Made by a program: the position numbers and the translations under genes. The notes beneath the pieces are model-generated. The model did no database searches. It was not told where the DNA came from and saw only the letters and a list, made by a program, of their open reading frames with translations. 64,000 bases of DNA, from assembly GCA_963724295.1 (NCBI GenBank), contig CAVRUC010000007.1:96001-160000 (forward strand), written 5' to 3'. This DNA comes from an uncultured Chloroflexia bacterium. GTDB taxonomy: Bacteria; Chloroflexota; Chloroflexia; Thermomicrobiales; UBA6265. Position 1 is the first letter of the stretch. Every line of letters starts with the position of its first letter. Shown piece after piece: positions 1 to 10,555 of this stretch.

Positions 1-1
1 G

Positions 2-148
2 ATGCAAGCTGGAGGCGGAATTGTCGCGGACAGTACGCCAGAAGGCGAGCATGCGGAATCACTGCACAAGATGCGGGGTCCATTGCGCGCCATCGAGCTG
101 GCCGAGGAGCTGGAGGCGAGTGAGCGGGCGCTGGGAGCCGGACGATGA
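2..148 (+). CDS. trpE: anthranilate synthase component I, 3' end (partial)
   Basis: Frame from base 2 reads [26 protein letters not shown]...*, the chorismate-binding C-terminal motif; its TGA overlaps the trpG ATG. Confidence 0.85.
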   Translation: MQAGGGIVADSTPEGEHAESLHKMRGPLRAIELAEELEASERALGAGR

Positions 149-753
149 TCTTGCTACTCGATAACTATGACTCCTTTACCTTCAACCTCTATCAAGCACT
201 GAGCGAGCTCGGGGCGGAGGTCATCGTGCGCCGCAACGATGCGGTCACGGTCGACGATGTCGAGCGGTTGGCGCCGACCCTGGACGGAATCGTCATTTCC
301 CCGGGACCGTGCACACCGAGCGAAGCCGGTATCTCCGTCCCGCTAGTGCAGCGGCTCGCCGGCGCCGTGCCGATCCTCGGCGTCTGCCTCGGACATCAGG
401 CAGTCGGTGCGGCGTTCGGCGGGACGATCGTCCGCGCGCCACGGCTGATGCACGGCAAGGTCTCGATGATCGCCCACGACGGCGCAGGCGTCTTCAGCGG
501 ACTTCCGAATCCGTTTCAGGCCACCCGATATCACTCATTGATCGTGGAGCGATCAACCCTGCCGCCTGAGCTTGAAGTCACGGCCGAGGCCGACGGTCTC
601 GTCATGGGCCTGCGGCATCGCACGCTGCCTATCGAAGGCGTTCAGTTCCATCCAGAATCCATTTTGACGCCCACTGGCAACGACCTGCTCGCCAATTTCC
701 TGGGTCGGAGGGCGCCGATGCGGGACCTGGCCATTGCGAACACCTACGGCTAG
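145..753 (+). CDS. trpG: anthranilate synthase component II (glutamine amidotransferase)
   Basis: DNYDSFT, SPGP, GVCLGHQ and QFHPES motifs. Confidence 0.95.
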   Translation: MILLLDNYDSFTFNLYQALSELGAEVIVRRNDAVTVDDVERLAPTLDGIVISPGPCTPSEAGISVPLVQRLAGAVPILGVCLGHQAVGAAFGGTIVRAPRLMHGKVSMIAHDGAGVFSGLPNPFQATRYHSLIVERSTLPPELEVTAEADGLVMGLRHRTLPIEGVQFHPESILTPTGNDLLANFLGRRAPMRDLAIANTYG

Positions 754-772
754 CGCAGAGGAGGTGCGGTTC

Positions 773-1849
773 GTGCCCGACGACCAGGACATCAAGAGCG
801 CCATCCGCACCGTGGTCGAAGGCGGAACGCTGGATGCCGATCTGGCGGCCGCCACCATGGATCAGATCATGACGGGGGCCGTAACGCCGGCCCAGATCGG
901 GGCGCTAGTAACCGCACTCCGCATGCGCGGCGAAACCGTGGAGGAGATCGCGGGCTTCGCGTCCGCGATGCGGCGACATGCGCTGCGGGTCGACGTCGAT
1001 CCCGCCGCCGGGTTCGTGGTCGACACCTGTGGTACGGGAGGAGACGCCTCAGGCACCTTCAACATCTCGACCACGGCTGCTTTCGTCATTGCCGGCGCCG
1101 GCGTGCGCGTTGCCAAGCACGGGAATCGCTCGGTGACGTCGAAATGCGGTTCCGCCGACCTCCTCGAGGGACTGGGAGTGGCCATCGAGCTCTCCCCAGC
1201 GGCCGTCGCTCGTTGCGTGAACGAGGTCGGCATTGGGTTCATGTACGCGCCCGCATTCCATCCGGCGATGCGGTTTGTCGGTCCCACGCGACGCGAAATC
1301 GGAATTCGTACGGTCTTCAATATCCTGGGACCGCTGACGAACCCTGCCGGGGCACGACACCAGCTAATTGGTGTGGGCCACCCCGAAATTGCACAGAAAC
1401 TCGCTTCGGCATCGTCCCGGCTGGGCAGCGCGCGGGCGGTGCTCGTTCATGCCGAAGAGGGGCTCGACGAGCTCGGGCTATCGGGACCATCGATGGTGAC
1501 GGAATACGATGCCAGATCCGGGGACGTTCGGTCGTACCGCGTCTCGCCCTCGGATGTCGGACTGGCGGAGGCGGCACCAGGAGCGCTCGCCGGTGGTGAC
1601 GTCGCCGAAAATACTCGAATAACAATGGCGATCCTCTCGGGCGAATCCGGACCTCGGCGGGATGTGACGCTGATGAATGCCGGCGCCGGAATCTACGCCG
1701 CGGAAGCCGCTGCATCGATTGCCGAAGGCGTGCACGTGGCGCGAATGGCGATAGATTCCGGTCAGGCGATGGAGCGCCTCGAGCGACTCATCGCGTTGTC
1801 GCGGCAACTCGGCTCTGAAGAAGAAGCGGCCAGGAGCTCCCAGCCATGA
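773..1849 (+). CDS. trpD: anthranilate phosphoribosyltransferase
   Basis: DTCGTGGD, FNIST and KHGNRS motifs; GTG start after GAGGAGG (start approximate). Confidence 0.95.
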   Translation: MPDDQDIKSAIRTVVEGGTLDADLAAATMDQIMTGAVTPAQIGALVTALRMRGETVEEIAGFASAMRRHALRVDVDPAAGFVVDTCGTGGDASGTFNISTTAAFVIAGAGVRVAKHGNRSVTSKCGSADLLEGLGVAIELSPAAVARCVNEVGIGFMYAPAFHPAMRFVGPTRREIGIRTVFNILGPLTNPAGARHQLIGVGHPEIAQKLASASSRLGSARAVLVHAEEGLDELGLSGPSMVTEYDARSGDVRSYRVSPSDVGLAEAAPGALAGGDVAENTRITMAILSGESGPRRDVTLMNAGAGIYAAEAAASIAEGVHVARMAIDSGQAMERLERLIALSRQLGSEEEAARSSQP

Positions 1850-2662
1850 CGCACGTTGATACGGGGACCATTCTGGACGAGATTCTGGCACGCACGACAG
1901 CCGATCTGACCGAGCGCAAAATTACTGTGCCAGTCTCGGAACTCGAAGCCAGGGCACGTTCTCGTCCAGTGCCGCTCAGCCTGCGTGCTGCACTCGCGGG
2001 TCCGGAAATGTCGGTCATCGCGGAGATCAAGCGTGCTTCACCGTCGCGCGGGAAGTTTCCAGTGGCCGTCGAACCGGCCACGGTAGCCAGGGATTACATC
2101 CTGGGCGGCGCGGCAGCGATCTCCGTGCTCACGGATCAGCCGTTCTTCCAGGGGAGCCTGGGCGACCTCGACGCCACCGCCGGCGTTGCCCACACCGGCG
2201 CGAGATCCGTTCCGGTGCTACGCAAGGACTTCGTCGTGGACCCCTATCAGATCGCGGAGGCGCGAGCATACGGCGCGGACGCCGTCCTGCTGATCGTCGC
2301 GGCCCTGGACGGCAGGCAGCTGACAGATCTCCTGGCAGCAGCCGCGGCATGGGGGATGGATGCGCTGGTGGAAGTCCACGATGAACGCGAATCGGAAACG
2401 CGCGGTGGCGGTTGGGGCGACCCTGGTGGGGATCAACAACCGCGACCTGAAGAGCTTTTCTGTCGATCTCGGTCTCAGCGAGCGGCTGGCGCCGCGGGCG
2501 CCCGCCGATACCGTCGTCGTTGCGGAGAGCGGGATATTCGGACCCGCCGAAGTCAAGCGACTGCATGATGCGGGGGCCCGCGCCGTTCTGGTTGGCGAAA
2601 GTCTCATCACGGCCCCCGACCGGGCCGCGGCAGTGAAGGCCTTGTTGCAGTGGCAGAGCTAG
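1846..2662 (+). CDS. trpC: indole-3-glycerol phosphate synthase (frameshift near 2395, probably a sequencing error)
   Basis: IAEIKRASPS, LRKDF and LVEVH in 1846..2568; GINNRDL and AESGI continue in frame 2360..2662. Confidence 0.93.
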
Positions 2663-3357
2663 TTCCGGTTCAGGAACGCTTGGCCCGGCTTTTCGCTCGC
2701 GGGAGTGTGGTCAAGATCTGTGGGTTGCGCGATCCCGAGCATGCGGCAGCCGCCGCGGCCGCCGGGGCGGATCTGATCGGCTTCATTTTCGCGCCCGCGC
2801 GACGGCAAGTCTCCGCGGCGACGGCGCGGTCCTGCATCGCCGCCGCGCGCGCGGCCGCTCCCGGCAGAGACCTGTTCGCGGTAGGCGTGTTCGTCGACGC
2901 CCCTTCATCGGAGATGGCGCGCATTGCCCATGAAGCGAATATCGACGCGATCCAGCTTCATGGCTCGGAGACGCCTGAGTCACTGCAACACCTGCCGGCG
3001 CCGGTGCTGAAGGCATTTCGACCGCGACCTGGAGTCGACGCGGCACACGTCGTGACCGAGATCAATCGCTACCGATCGAGCCCGACGCCTCCGGTGGGAA
3101 TCCTCATTGACGGTTACGCCGAGGGCGTGCTAGGAGGGACAGGCGCTCGTGCCGACTGGAGGCGCGCGAAAGAGATTGGCGCCATATGCCCGTTCCTGCT
3201 CGCCGGGGGCCTGGACCCGGACAATGTCGGCGCCGCGATTCGAGAGGTCCGGCCACTTGGCGTGGACGTTAGCAGTGGCGTCGAAGTAGACGGGGTCAAG
3301 ACCGCGGGTCGCATTCAGGAGTTCATTCAAGCCGCCCGGAAGGCGTTTCAGGAGTAG
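2650..3357 (+). CDS. trpF: phosphoribosylanthranilate isomerase
   Basis: VKICG, QLHG, GGTG, LAGGL and DVSSGVE motifs. Confidence 0.95.
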   Translation: MAELVPVQERLARLFARGSVVKICGLRDPEHAAAAAAAGADLIGFIFAPARRQVSAATARSCIAAARAAAPGRDLFAVGVFVDAPSSEMARIAHEANIDAIQLHGSETPESLQHLPAPVLKAFRPRPGVDAAHVVTEINRYRSSPTPPVGILIDGYAEGVLGGTGARADWRRAKEIGAICPFLLAGGLDPDNVGAAIREVRPLGVDVSSGVEVDGVKTAGRIQEFIQAARKAFQE

Positions 3358-4016
3358 ACCGGTCAGCGCCCTGGATCGCTCGTGCCGTCGCCTCGGCAAC
3401 GAGCTCGGCGAACCAGGACTGCTCATTTCCGACTTCCTGAGTCACGGTTGACCCACGGGCGGGTAGCTCCGTCGCGATCCGGTAGATGCCTCGATCACGA
3501 ACCATGAACCCGTAGTCGACCAGCTCGCGGCGCAAGGTGGCGACGTCGTCATGGGCTTCGCGAAGCAGATCATTGACCTCTGATTCCGGGTATGACCGGC
3601 CGGGCGCAAACCGTTCCAGCAAGCGGCGCAGGACGATGACTCGCTTCTTCCGTGATGCCGGAATCTGTCGTAACCGCGAGCCGTCGAAGAACGCGCGAAG
3701 CACGGCGTTGTCCTCGTCACTGGCAGGCTGAGACGCGTCCGTACCCAGGATCGACCCCGAAAGCTCGACGGATCGCGTCGGTGCGAAGTGAATAGATGCG
3801 GGACTGCGCCTCTGGCTCGACGTCGACCAGACGAGCGGCCACGAGTCGCCGCATATGATGGGAGATGGTCGGCGGCGTGAGAGTGAGCCGGTGGGCCAGC
3901 TCGTGGCCCGCATGTGGGCGTTCCGCGAGCAGACCCAGGATCCGCAATCGTGCTGGATCGGAAAGCGCCTTGAACAACAACGAGAGATTTTCGAGCGGTG
4001 CCGACTCCATTGCCAA
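3323..4016 (-). CDS. ArsR-family HTH regulator fused to DUF2087 (frameshift near 3770)
   Basis: FKALSDPARLRIL...TISHHM HTH in 3717..4016; IPASRKKR...YPESEVN...HDDVATLRRELVD (DUF2087-like) in 3323..3913. Confidence 0.8.
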
Positions 4017-4097
4017 GCCTCCGAGTATTTCGACGACTATCTAATATGATACTTATCGAACTACAGACTCGCAAGCGTGCACCGCAGGATCCGCTAG

Positions 4098-4880
4098 CTA
4101 GATATCGAGGGGGACCTGGTCCCAGGATTTACCGAAGCCGCAAAGCCAGTTTAGCGCGCGCAGACGCTGGCCGGTGACGGCAATGAGCCCGTCGATGTCG
4201 TCTCCCGTGAGATCCTTGATGCTTGTGCCATGCACCGAAAAGTCGCCGTCGCCTTGTGTCGACAGGAGGCCGGCCGCGAGTGCTTCGGCGGCAACCTCCC
4301 GAATTGCCTCTACGTATTCTTGGCGATCTTCGGTTGACGCCGTGCGGCGCAGCACCTCGGTCGTCAGGCGCCAGTACCAGATCTCGGCGACCTCTCGTTC
4401 GCGGGCGGCTTCGGATTCCGAGATGATCGCCGGGTCGCCAAGCCAGTCCTTCGTCTGGTCCCACGGTCGAGGCACGACGTCGAGGAGCGGGCGTGGGTCG
4501 GCGACTGTGCCGACCGGCGGCATCTCATGCGCGCCAATTGCCCAACCAAGCACCACAAGGGCCTCACCTTGCCACGAGGCCTCGCTGATCGCCTCTCGTG
4601 CAACGGAGCCAGGGGGGCTGTCGAGAAGCGCCGCTTCGTCGGCCGTGAGCCGGCCTGCCAGGCCCTGCTCCCGTAGCCACTCTCGCTCGTCGAACGCTTC
4701 AGCAATCGCATCGCTACCATCCCCGTTAGTGCGATCCTCAAGCGATAACCGGCGTAAGATAGATGCGAGGATCAGAATACGAGTCCGGATCTCGACCGGG
4801 GAGCGCAGCTCGAGGTCGATCTCGTCCTGCTCCTCGACCCCCTCGTCTCGTTCCAGGTCCCACTGTCTTGCGTCAGACAT
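4098..4880 (-). CDS. DUF4272-like protein
   Basis: Resembles DUF4272 (SWQGEALVVLGWA...RLRALNWL...WDQVPLD); start overlaps the ychF stop. Confidence 0.7.
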   Translation of the reverse strand: MSDARQWDLERDEGVEEQDEIDLELRSPVEIRTRILILASILRRLSLEDRTNGDGSDAIAEAFDEREWLREQGLAGRLTADEAALLDSPPGSVAREAISEASWQGEALVVLGWAIGAHEMPPVGTVADPRPLLDVVPRPWDQTKDWLGDPAIISESEAAREREVAEIWYWRLTTEVLRRTASTEDRQEYVEAIREVAAEALAAGLLSTQGDGDFSVHGTSIKDLTGDDIDGLIAVTGQRLRALNWLCGFGKSWDQVPLDI

Positions 4881-5985
4881 TGAACAAGAAGTTGATCACA
4901 TCGCCATCCTGGACGAAGTACTCCTTGCCTTCACGGCGCAGCTTGCCCAGCTTCCGCGCTTCGGGCAGGCCTCCAGCGACGATAAGGTCGTCGTAGCCCA
5001 CGACCTCGGCTCGAATGAAACCCCGCTGGATGTCCGAGTGAATCTCGCCCGCCGCCTCGACCGCTGTGGCTCCGCGGCGAATGGTCCAGGCCCGGCACTC
5101 GTCCGGTCCGACGGTGAAAAACGGCATCAGGCCCAACAGCTCGAACGATTGGCGGATGACGTGATCGAGGCCCGACTCCGCGATGCCGAGGTCGCTCATG
5201 AATGCGGCGGCGTCGTCTGGCTCGAGGCGTCCAATCTCCATCTCGATCTGCCCTGGCAGTGCCGAGACGCCGACCCCTGGTCGCTTGAACCGTTCTCGGC
5301 AGGCGGCAACGAGCGCTGACGCCGTTTCACCTAACTGGTCTTCGCCAAGATTCAGGAGGATCAGGAGTGGCTTGGCCGTCAGGAACCCGAAGCCGCGTAG
5401 CGTCTTGGCATCCTCGGGGTCGATCTCGGCCACGATCTCGCGGATGGGCGTGTCGGCTTCCAGCGCCTGCCGCAACCGCTCCATTAGCGCTCGTTCTCGC
5501 TCCATTGCCTCGCGCTCTCGTCCGACGACCTTTTGCTTCTGGTTCGCGATGCGCTCCAGGCGTTTCTCGACAGCGCCCAGGTCGCTGAAGAGGAGCTCGA
5601 GCTGGAGCGTTTCGATGTCCCGCGCCGGATCGACACTATCCTCGACGTGCGGCACGTTTGGATCATCGAATGCGCGAGCGACAAGTAGGAGCGCGTCGGC
5701 CTGACTCAGATGACCGAGCAGCGCCCCGCTCATTCCTTTCTCGGCGATGCCTTTGGCAATGCCTGCCACGTCGAGGTACTGAACGTCAGCCGGGACCCGC
5801 TTCTGCGGCCGGAACATTTCGGTGAGACGATCGAGGCGGCTATCCGGGACCTTCACGGTGGCGAGGTTAGGTTCGTCAGGGTTGGCGGAGTAGCTCCCCG
5901 TTTCGGCTTCAGAACGTGTGAGCGCGTTGAAGACCGTCGTCTTGCCGCTCGATGGCAAGCCGACGATGACGAGAGTTGTGGACAC
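4873..5985 (-). CDS. ychF: redox-regulated ATPase YchF
   Basis: GLPSSGKTT, DVAG, FFTVGPDECRAWT, IHSDIQRGFIRAEV and EGKEYFVQDGD. Confidence 0.96.
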   Translation of the reverse strand: MSTTLVIVGLPSSGKTTVFNALTRSEAETGSYSANPDEPNLATVKVPDSRLDRLTEMFRPQKRVPADVQYLDVAGIAKGIAEKGMSGALLGHLSQADALLLVARAFDDPNVPHVEDSVDPARDIETLQLELLFSDLGAVEKRLERIANQKQKVVGREREAMERERALMERLRQALEADTPIREIVAEIDPEDAKTLRGFGFLTAKPLLILLNLGEDQLGETASALVAACRERFKRPGVGVSALPGQIEMEIGRLEPDDAAAFMSDLGIAESGLDHVIRQSFELLGLMPFFTVGPDECRAWTIRRGATAVEAAGEIHSDIQRGFIRAEVVGYDDLIVAGGLPEARKLGKLRREGKEYFVQDGDVINFLFNV

Positions 5986-6071
5986 GACGTAGGTTTCCTC
6001 AGTAGCGAGCCGCGGATGCGGGCAAGTCTAACCAGACACTCCGCAGTATCGCGGACAAAAGGAGTCGTGGG

Positions 6072-6572
6072 CTAGCGCGCAACCTGCTTGGGACGCTCGG
6101 TGATATCCGCGACGACGGCGTTATTGCACCGGATGACGTCGGAGACCCGCACGCGGAGCAGCACGTGCTCCTGCCCGCCGCCGCCGTACGCGACATTCAG
6201 TTCTGCGGTCGCCGAATCGACGATGACCCGGATTGGTGCGGGGAATCCGAACGGGGCAACGCCGCCTGCGGGATAGCCGGTGACGGCCAGAACGTCAGCG
6301 GGTTTTGCCGGGCGGGGCTTCTGGATCATGGCTGCGCGGGCGAGCCGATCGCGGTCGATACGACGTGTGCCGTTGGCGATCACCACTAAGAATTTCCCGC
6401 TCTCGTCGACGAAGACCAAAGTCTTCAAGATGGAGTCTTCAGGCTCGCCGATGGCCTGCGCGGCGAGCGATACAGTTGGCATCGGCACACCGGGTGCGAC
6501 AAACGTGGCGTCGATGCCGTTCTCAAGCAAATACGCTCGCAATTGTGAAGGCGCAAGCTCGGCAGGATCCAT
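6072..6572 (-). CDS. YbaK/EbsC-family aminoacyl-tRNA deacylase
   Basis: MDPAELAP... with ILKTLVF and TGYPAGGVAPFG; ATG overlaps the TGA of the upstream permease. Confidence 0.85.
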   Translation of the reverse strand: MDPAELAPSQLRAYLLENGIDATFVAPGVPMPTVSLAAQAIGEPEDSILKTLVFVDESGKFLVVIANGTRRIDRDRLARAAMIQKPRPAKPADVLAVTGYPAGGVAPFGFPAPIRVIVDSATAELNVAYGGGGQEHVLLRVRVSDVIRCNNAVVADITERPKQVAR

Positions 6573-7519
6573 CAGCCGCCGCGGCGGCGCGGATCGAGTG
6601 CGTCGCGCAAGCCGTCCCCGAGGAAATTCAGCCCCATCACAACCGACATGATGGCGAGGCCGGGGGCCGCAGCGTACCACCAGAACTGCAAACCCTTGTC
6701 CGCACCTTGTTTGATCATCGCGCCCCACTCCGCGTCGGGCGGAACCGCGCCGAGACCGATAAAGCTCAGCCCCGCGGTCAGCACAATTGCGGCGCCGACG
6801 TCGAGTGTCGCCTTGACGATGATCGGCGCGTCGGTTGAAGGCAGGATGTGCCTGAAGAGGATGCGTTTGCGATCGGCTCCCATTGATTCCGCAGCGACGA
6901 CATACTCGTTCGATCGAATCGCGAGCACCTGGGCGCGCATCAACCGCGCGTACTCGGGCCAGAGCACGATCGCTACCGCCAGAAGCGCATTGCTCAACCC
7001 GGGTCCGCCGCGCACCGCGGTAATCGCGATAGCCAGGATAATTGACGGAAACGAAAGGATGGCATCGGACGTCCGCATCACGACCGTGTCGGTGATGCCG
7101 CCGATGTATCCCGCGATCGCTCCTAATAGGCAGCCAACCATCCCTGTGAGCGCGATAACCAGAATCCCTGCTGGCACGGACACGCGCGCACCCCAAATGA
7201 TGCGGCTCACCATGTCCCGTCCCAGGTCGTCAGTACCCATGGGGTGGCCCGAACCCGGGCTGCGCAACTTCTGCGAGAGATCCTGATAGTCGGGATCCTG
7301 AATCGGCAGCACAGGTGCCAACAGACCCACCACCAGCCATGTGACGACGACAACGAGTCCGAGCATGGCCCAGGGTTTCCGGCGTAGCGTGCGGAGCGCA
7401 TCACCAAGAGGTGAGCGTGCCTTGCGACCAGGGATCATGACCCCGGGGGTCTCCGCCACGGCCACCCGTGGCCGAGCGCGAAGTTCGCCCGCCTCCACTG
7501 CGATCTCTCGCGTCGTCAA
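6572..7519 (-). CDS. peptide/nickel ABC transporter permease (DppC/OppC-like)
   Basis: HPMGTDDLGRD, EYVVAAESMG...HILP (EAA loop) and LSFIGLG; start approximate. Confidence 0.92.
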   Translation of the reverse strand: MTTREIAVEAGELRARPRVAVAETPGVMIPGRKARSPLGDALRTLRRKPWAMLGLVVVVTWLVVGLLAPVLPIQDPDYQDLSQKLRSPGSGHPMGTDDLGRDMVSRIIWGARVSVPAGILVIALTGMVGCLLGAIAGYIGGITDTVVMRTSDAILSFPSIILAIAITAVRGGPGLSNALLAVAIVLWPEYARLMRAQVLAIRSNEYVVAAESMGADRKRILFRHILPSTDAPIIVKATLDVGAAIVLTAGLSFIGLGAVPPDAEWGAMIKQGADKGLQFWWYAAAPGLAIMSVVMGLNFLGDGLRDALDPRRRGG

Positions 7520-7553
7520 TGTCGCGCCAGTTCTCTGCCGGCGCCAGGCAAGC

Positions 7554-8573
7554 TCATGTCGACCGAATCCTCGGATCAAGCAGGCCGTATGCAACATCAA
7601 CGAGCAGGTTGACCATCACATAGATGACTGCCACGATGAAGGTGACCCCAAGCAGTGCGGGGTAGTCACGTCTGAGCGCGGCAGCGACCGCGAAACTTCC
7701 GACTCCGGGCCAGGAAAAGATTGTCTCCGTCAGGACCGCTCCGGCCAGAAGCCCGGCGGTGGTCAAGCCGAGCACGGTCACTGTGGGGATCAGCGCATTT
7801 CGCATGGCATGACTCGTGACCACGGACTGCTCTGCAAGTCCCTTCGCTCTGGCAGTCCGCACGTAGTCATCGCCCAGAGAGGCGAGAAGGGAGGACCGGA
7901 GCATTCTCGCCAAGATTCCCATCGAGAACGAGCCAAGCACGATGGCGGGCAGGATTAGCCGGCGCAAGGCGGCCCAGAACACTTTCCAGTCCCCCTGGAC
8001 AAGAGCGTCCACGGTCACCATGCCGGTAATGGTTGGTGGCGGTCTCATGCCAACGTCGAGACGGCCCGGACCGGGAAGCCATTTCAGCTGATAGAAGAAG
8101 ACGTAGAGGAGCAGGAGTCCGAGCCAGAATACCGGAATTGACGTGCCAATCAGGGTAATAAAGCGAGCCAGGTGATCCGGCCACCGATCGTGGTTGAGGG
8201 CGGCGATTATGCCGAGGGGCACGCCAAAAGTAATGGCAAAGGCAAGGGCAAAGAGCGAGAGCTCGATCGTTGCGGGAACGCGGTTACGTAGTTCCTGAGC
8301 GACGGGAGTCCGGCTTGCGATCGATTCTCCCCAATCGCCCTGGAGCAGATTGCCAACATAGTAGAAGTACTGAAGTGGCAGCGGTTTATCGAGCCCCCAA
8401 CGGCGCTCGAGTGCCGCGCGGACCTCGGGATTATCTGCCTGGCGATCGCCCAGAACAAGAGAAATGGGATCACCGGGAACGGCGTGGCTTAGCGCAAAGG
8501 TCGCGACGCTGACGATCGCCAGGACGACGCACGCAAGTAGCAGCCGCCTCGCCATGAACGCCCAGAATCCCAT
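7554..8573 (-). CDS. peptide/nickel ABC transporter permease (DppB/OppB-like)
   Basis: PGDP, GLDKPL, DYVRTARAKG, HAMRNAL, ETIFSWPG and LDPRIR. Confidence 0.95.
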   Translation of the reverse strand: MGFWAFMARRLLLACVVLAIVSVATFALSHAVPGDPISLVLGDRQADNPEVRAALERRWGLDKPLPLQYFYYVGNLLQGDWGESIASRTPVAQELRNRVPATIELSLFALAFAITFGVPLGIIAALNHDRWPDHLARFITLIGTSIPVFWLGLLLLYVFFYQLKWLPGPGRLDVGMRPPPTITGMVTVDALVQGDWKVFWAALRRLILPAIVLGSFSMGILARMLRSSLLASLGDDYVRTARAKGLAEQSVVTSHAMRNALIPTVTVLGLTTAGLLAGAVLTETIFSWPGVGSFAVAAALRRDYPALLGVTFIVAVIYVMVNLLVDVAYGLLDPRIRST

Positions 8574-8597
8574 AGCGGCTCCCGCGGTGAAACCGGC

Positions 8598-8633
8598 GTC
8601 CAGTCGGGGCGGCGCGCGCCGCCCCGACTGGAC
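8598..8633. repeat. perfect 36-bp palindrome between the binding-protein and permease genes
   Basis: gtccagtcggggcggcgc|gcgccgccccgactggac equals its own reverse complement. Confidence 0.85.
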
Positions 8634-8637
8634 CTAG

Positions 8638-10345
8638 CTACGCCGACTTCGAAGCGTTGCGAAGGTAGAGCTGGTAAATGGAGTGGGTTTGAACGTCCTG
8701 CACGTTCTTGTTGGCCGGCTTCTGATCTAGGGGCTGGTAGAGAATGAGGAACGGCGCATCTTCGATGAGGTGCGTCAGGACTTCGACGTAAAGAGCGGTA
8801 CGCGCTTCCGGATCAGTTTCGGCTATGGCCGCGTCGAGAGCCGCGTCCACATCAGGATTGGAATAGCCAACGCGTTTGGCGGCTGCGACATCAGTCCGCC
8901 CAAACGGCTCGGCGTACGCATGGATGTCCGGAAAGTCTGGCGTCCAGGGGCCAATCGTGAAGGCCAGTTTCGCCGCTCGATATTGCTCGAGGCGTTGCGC
9001 CGTATCCATCGGATTGAGGTTGACCGTCAGCCCCTCGATTTTTTGCAGGTCGGCCTGAAGTTTCGTGCAGATCGTCTCGACGTCAAGTCCGCCGGAACCA
9101 ATGTCTCCGGCGCCGTAGCTCAATGTCAGCTCGACGGGTCCGCCGCCGGCCTCGTCGAAGAGCTGCTGCGCCTTCGCGATGTCCGTTACGTACTTCTTGT
9201 CCTGAACTTCCACGGTGCCCGGTAGCGGCTCCGGCGCGATGGTGGCCGGCTGGATTGCGGCTCCGGCCATCAGGCCGTTGACGATCCCGTCATAGTCGAT
9301 GGCATAGCCGAGTGCCTGGCGCAGCGTTCGGTTCGCGAGCGGCCCGCCAACCGCCTCCTGAGTGTGCATTGCCAGGTATTGGATAGCGAGCGATGGCCCC
9401 GCGATCAACTGAAGATTCTCGTCTTCGGTAACACTCGATGCGACATCCGGGTCGAGGGAGTAGGCGATGTCCGCTTCGCCTGCTTGCACGGCTTGAAGCT
9501 GCGAGTTTGCATCCGGGACATTGCGCCAGATGATGCGATCGAGCTTCGGCGCCTCACCCCAGTAGTCGGGGTTCTGTTCGATGATGACCTCGCTCCCAAG
9601 TTCCCATGTGGTCAGGCGGTACGGCCCCGTGCCGACTGAATTGCCCGTGTTCAACCAGTCCTTAGCGGTATCCGTCTTGTCGGCATCTTCCGCGTCCGTG
9701 CCGCCGTTCTCACGTAGTACTTTGCTGTCGGTGACGGCCAGCGGAATCGAGGTAAGGATGGCCACAAGTGCGGCGTTAGGCGATACGAGATTGATCTTGA
9801 TCGTCAGCGGATCGACAGCTTCCACGCTCGACCAGTAATCCGTCGCCAGGAACGACGGTTGAAATTTGATGTTCTTGAGCCTGTTCCACGAAAAGACGAT
9901 GTCGTCTGCCGTCATCTCGTTGCCGCTATGAAACTTGACGCCGGACCGGAGCGGAATGATGGCTTCCAGACCGTCTTCTGACACCTGCGGAAAATCCGCG
10001 GCGATGAGCGGCGTAAACTCGTCGGGTTTGGTCGAATCTGGAAGGTCATAGAGAGCCTCATAGACGAGGCACTGACCAGCAGCCGAGTTGATCTCGTAGA
10101 TCCAGGCCGGATCGAAGGTGATCCACTGGTTGCCAGGTCGTAAGGTCGTCGGCGATCACCAGAGTCGTGGCGTCAATCTGGCGCCGGGGCGCAGCGAGGG
10201 GGGCGGCACTAACTCTGTCTAGAGCCAGACCGGCGCCAGCGGGAATTGCAACCGCCGCGGCGGCAGCTCCCTGAACAAGTGCACGACGATTCAGGCGAGC
10301 GTTTTGGAACCGAGCCAGGTACTGCTGGAACCGCGCGTCCGTCAT
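8638..10345 (-). CDS. Tat-exported family-5 ABC substrate-binding protein (frameshift near 10115)
   Basis: N-terminal LNRRALVQG twin-arginine signal in 10058..10345; LRSGVKFHSG and GTGPY in 8638..9984. Confidence 0.9.
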
Positions 10346-10555
10346 TGGTCATCCTCACTCCGCGTTTGGCGGTCCGCGTTGACCGCCATCAAACCAGCGC
10401 CACATTCGCTCGCGACCGCGTTTGCCGCCAGGGTACGAAGACCTGGCAATCGTCCTCGACGAACGGAGCAACGGGTCATATTCGAATCACGCCGACGTTC
10501 GAGAGGATACCATGTTAAACGTCCGGCGAAACCCGTGTCGTTTGTGCGCCGTGCG

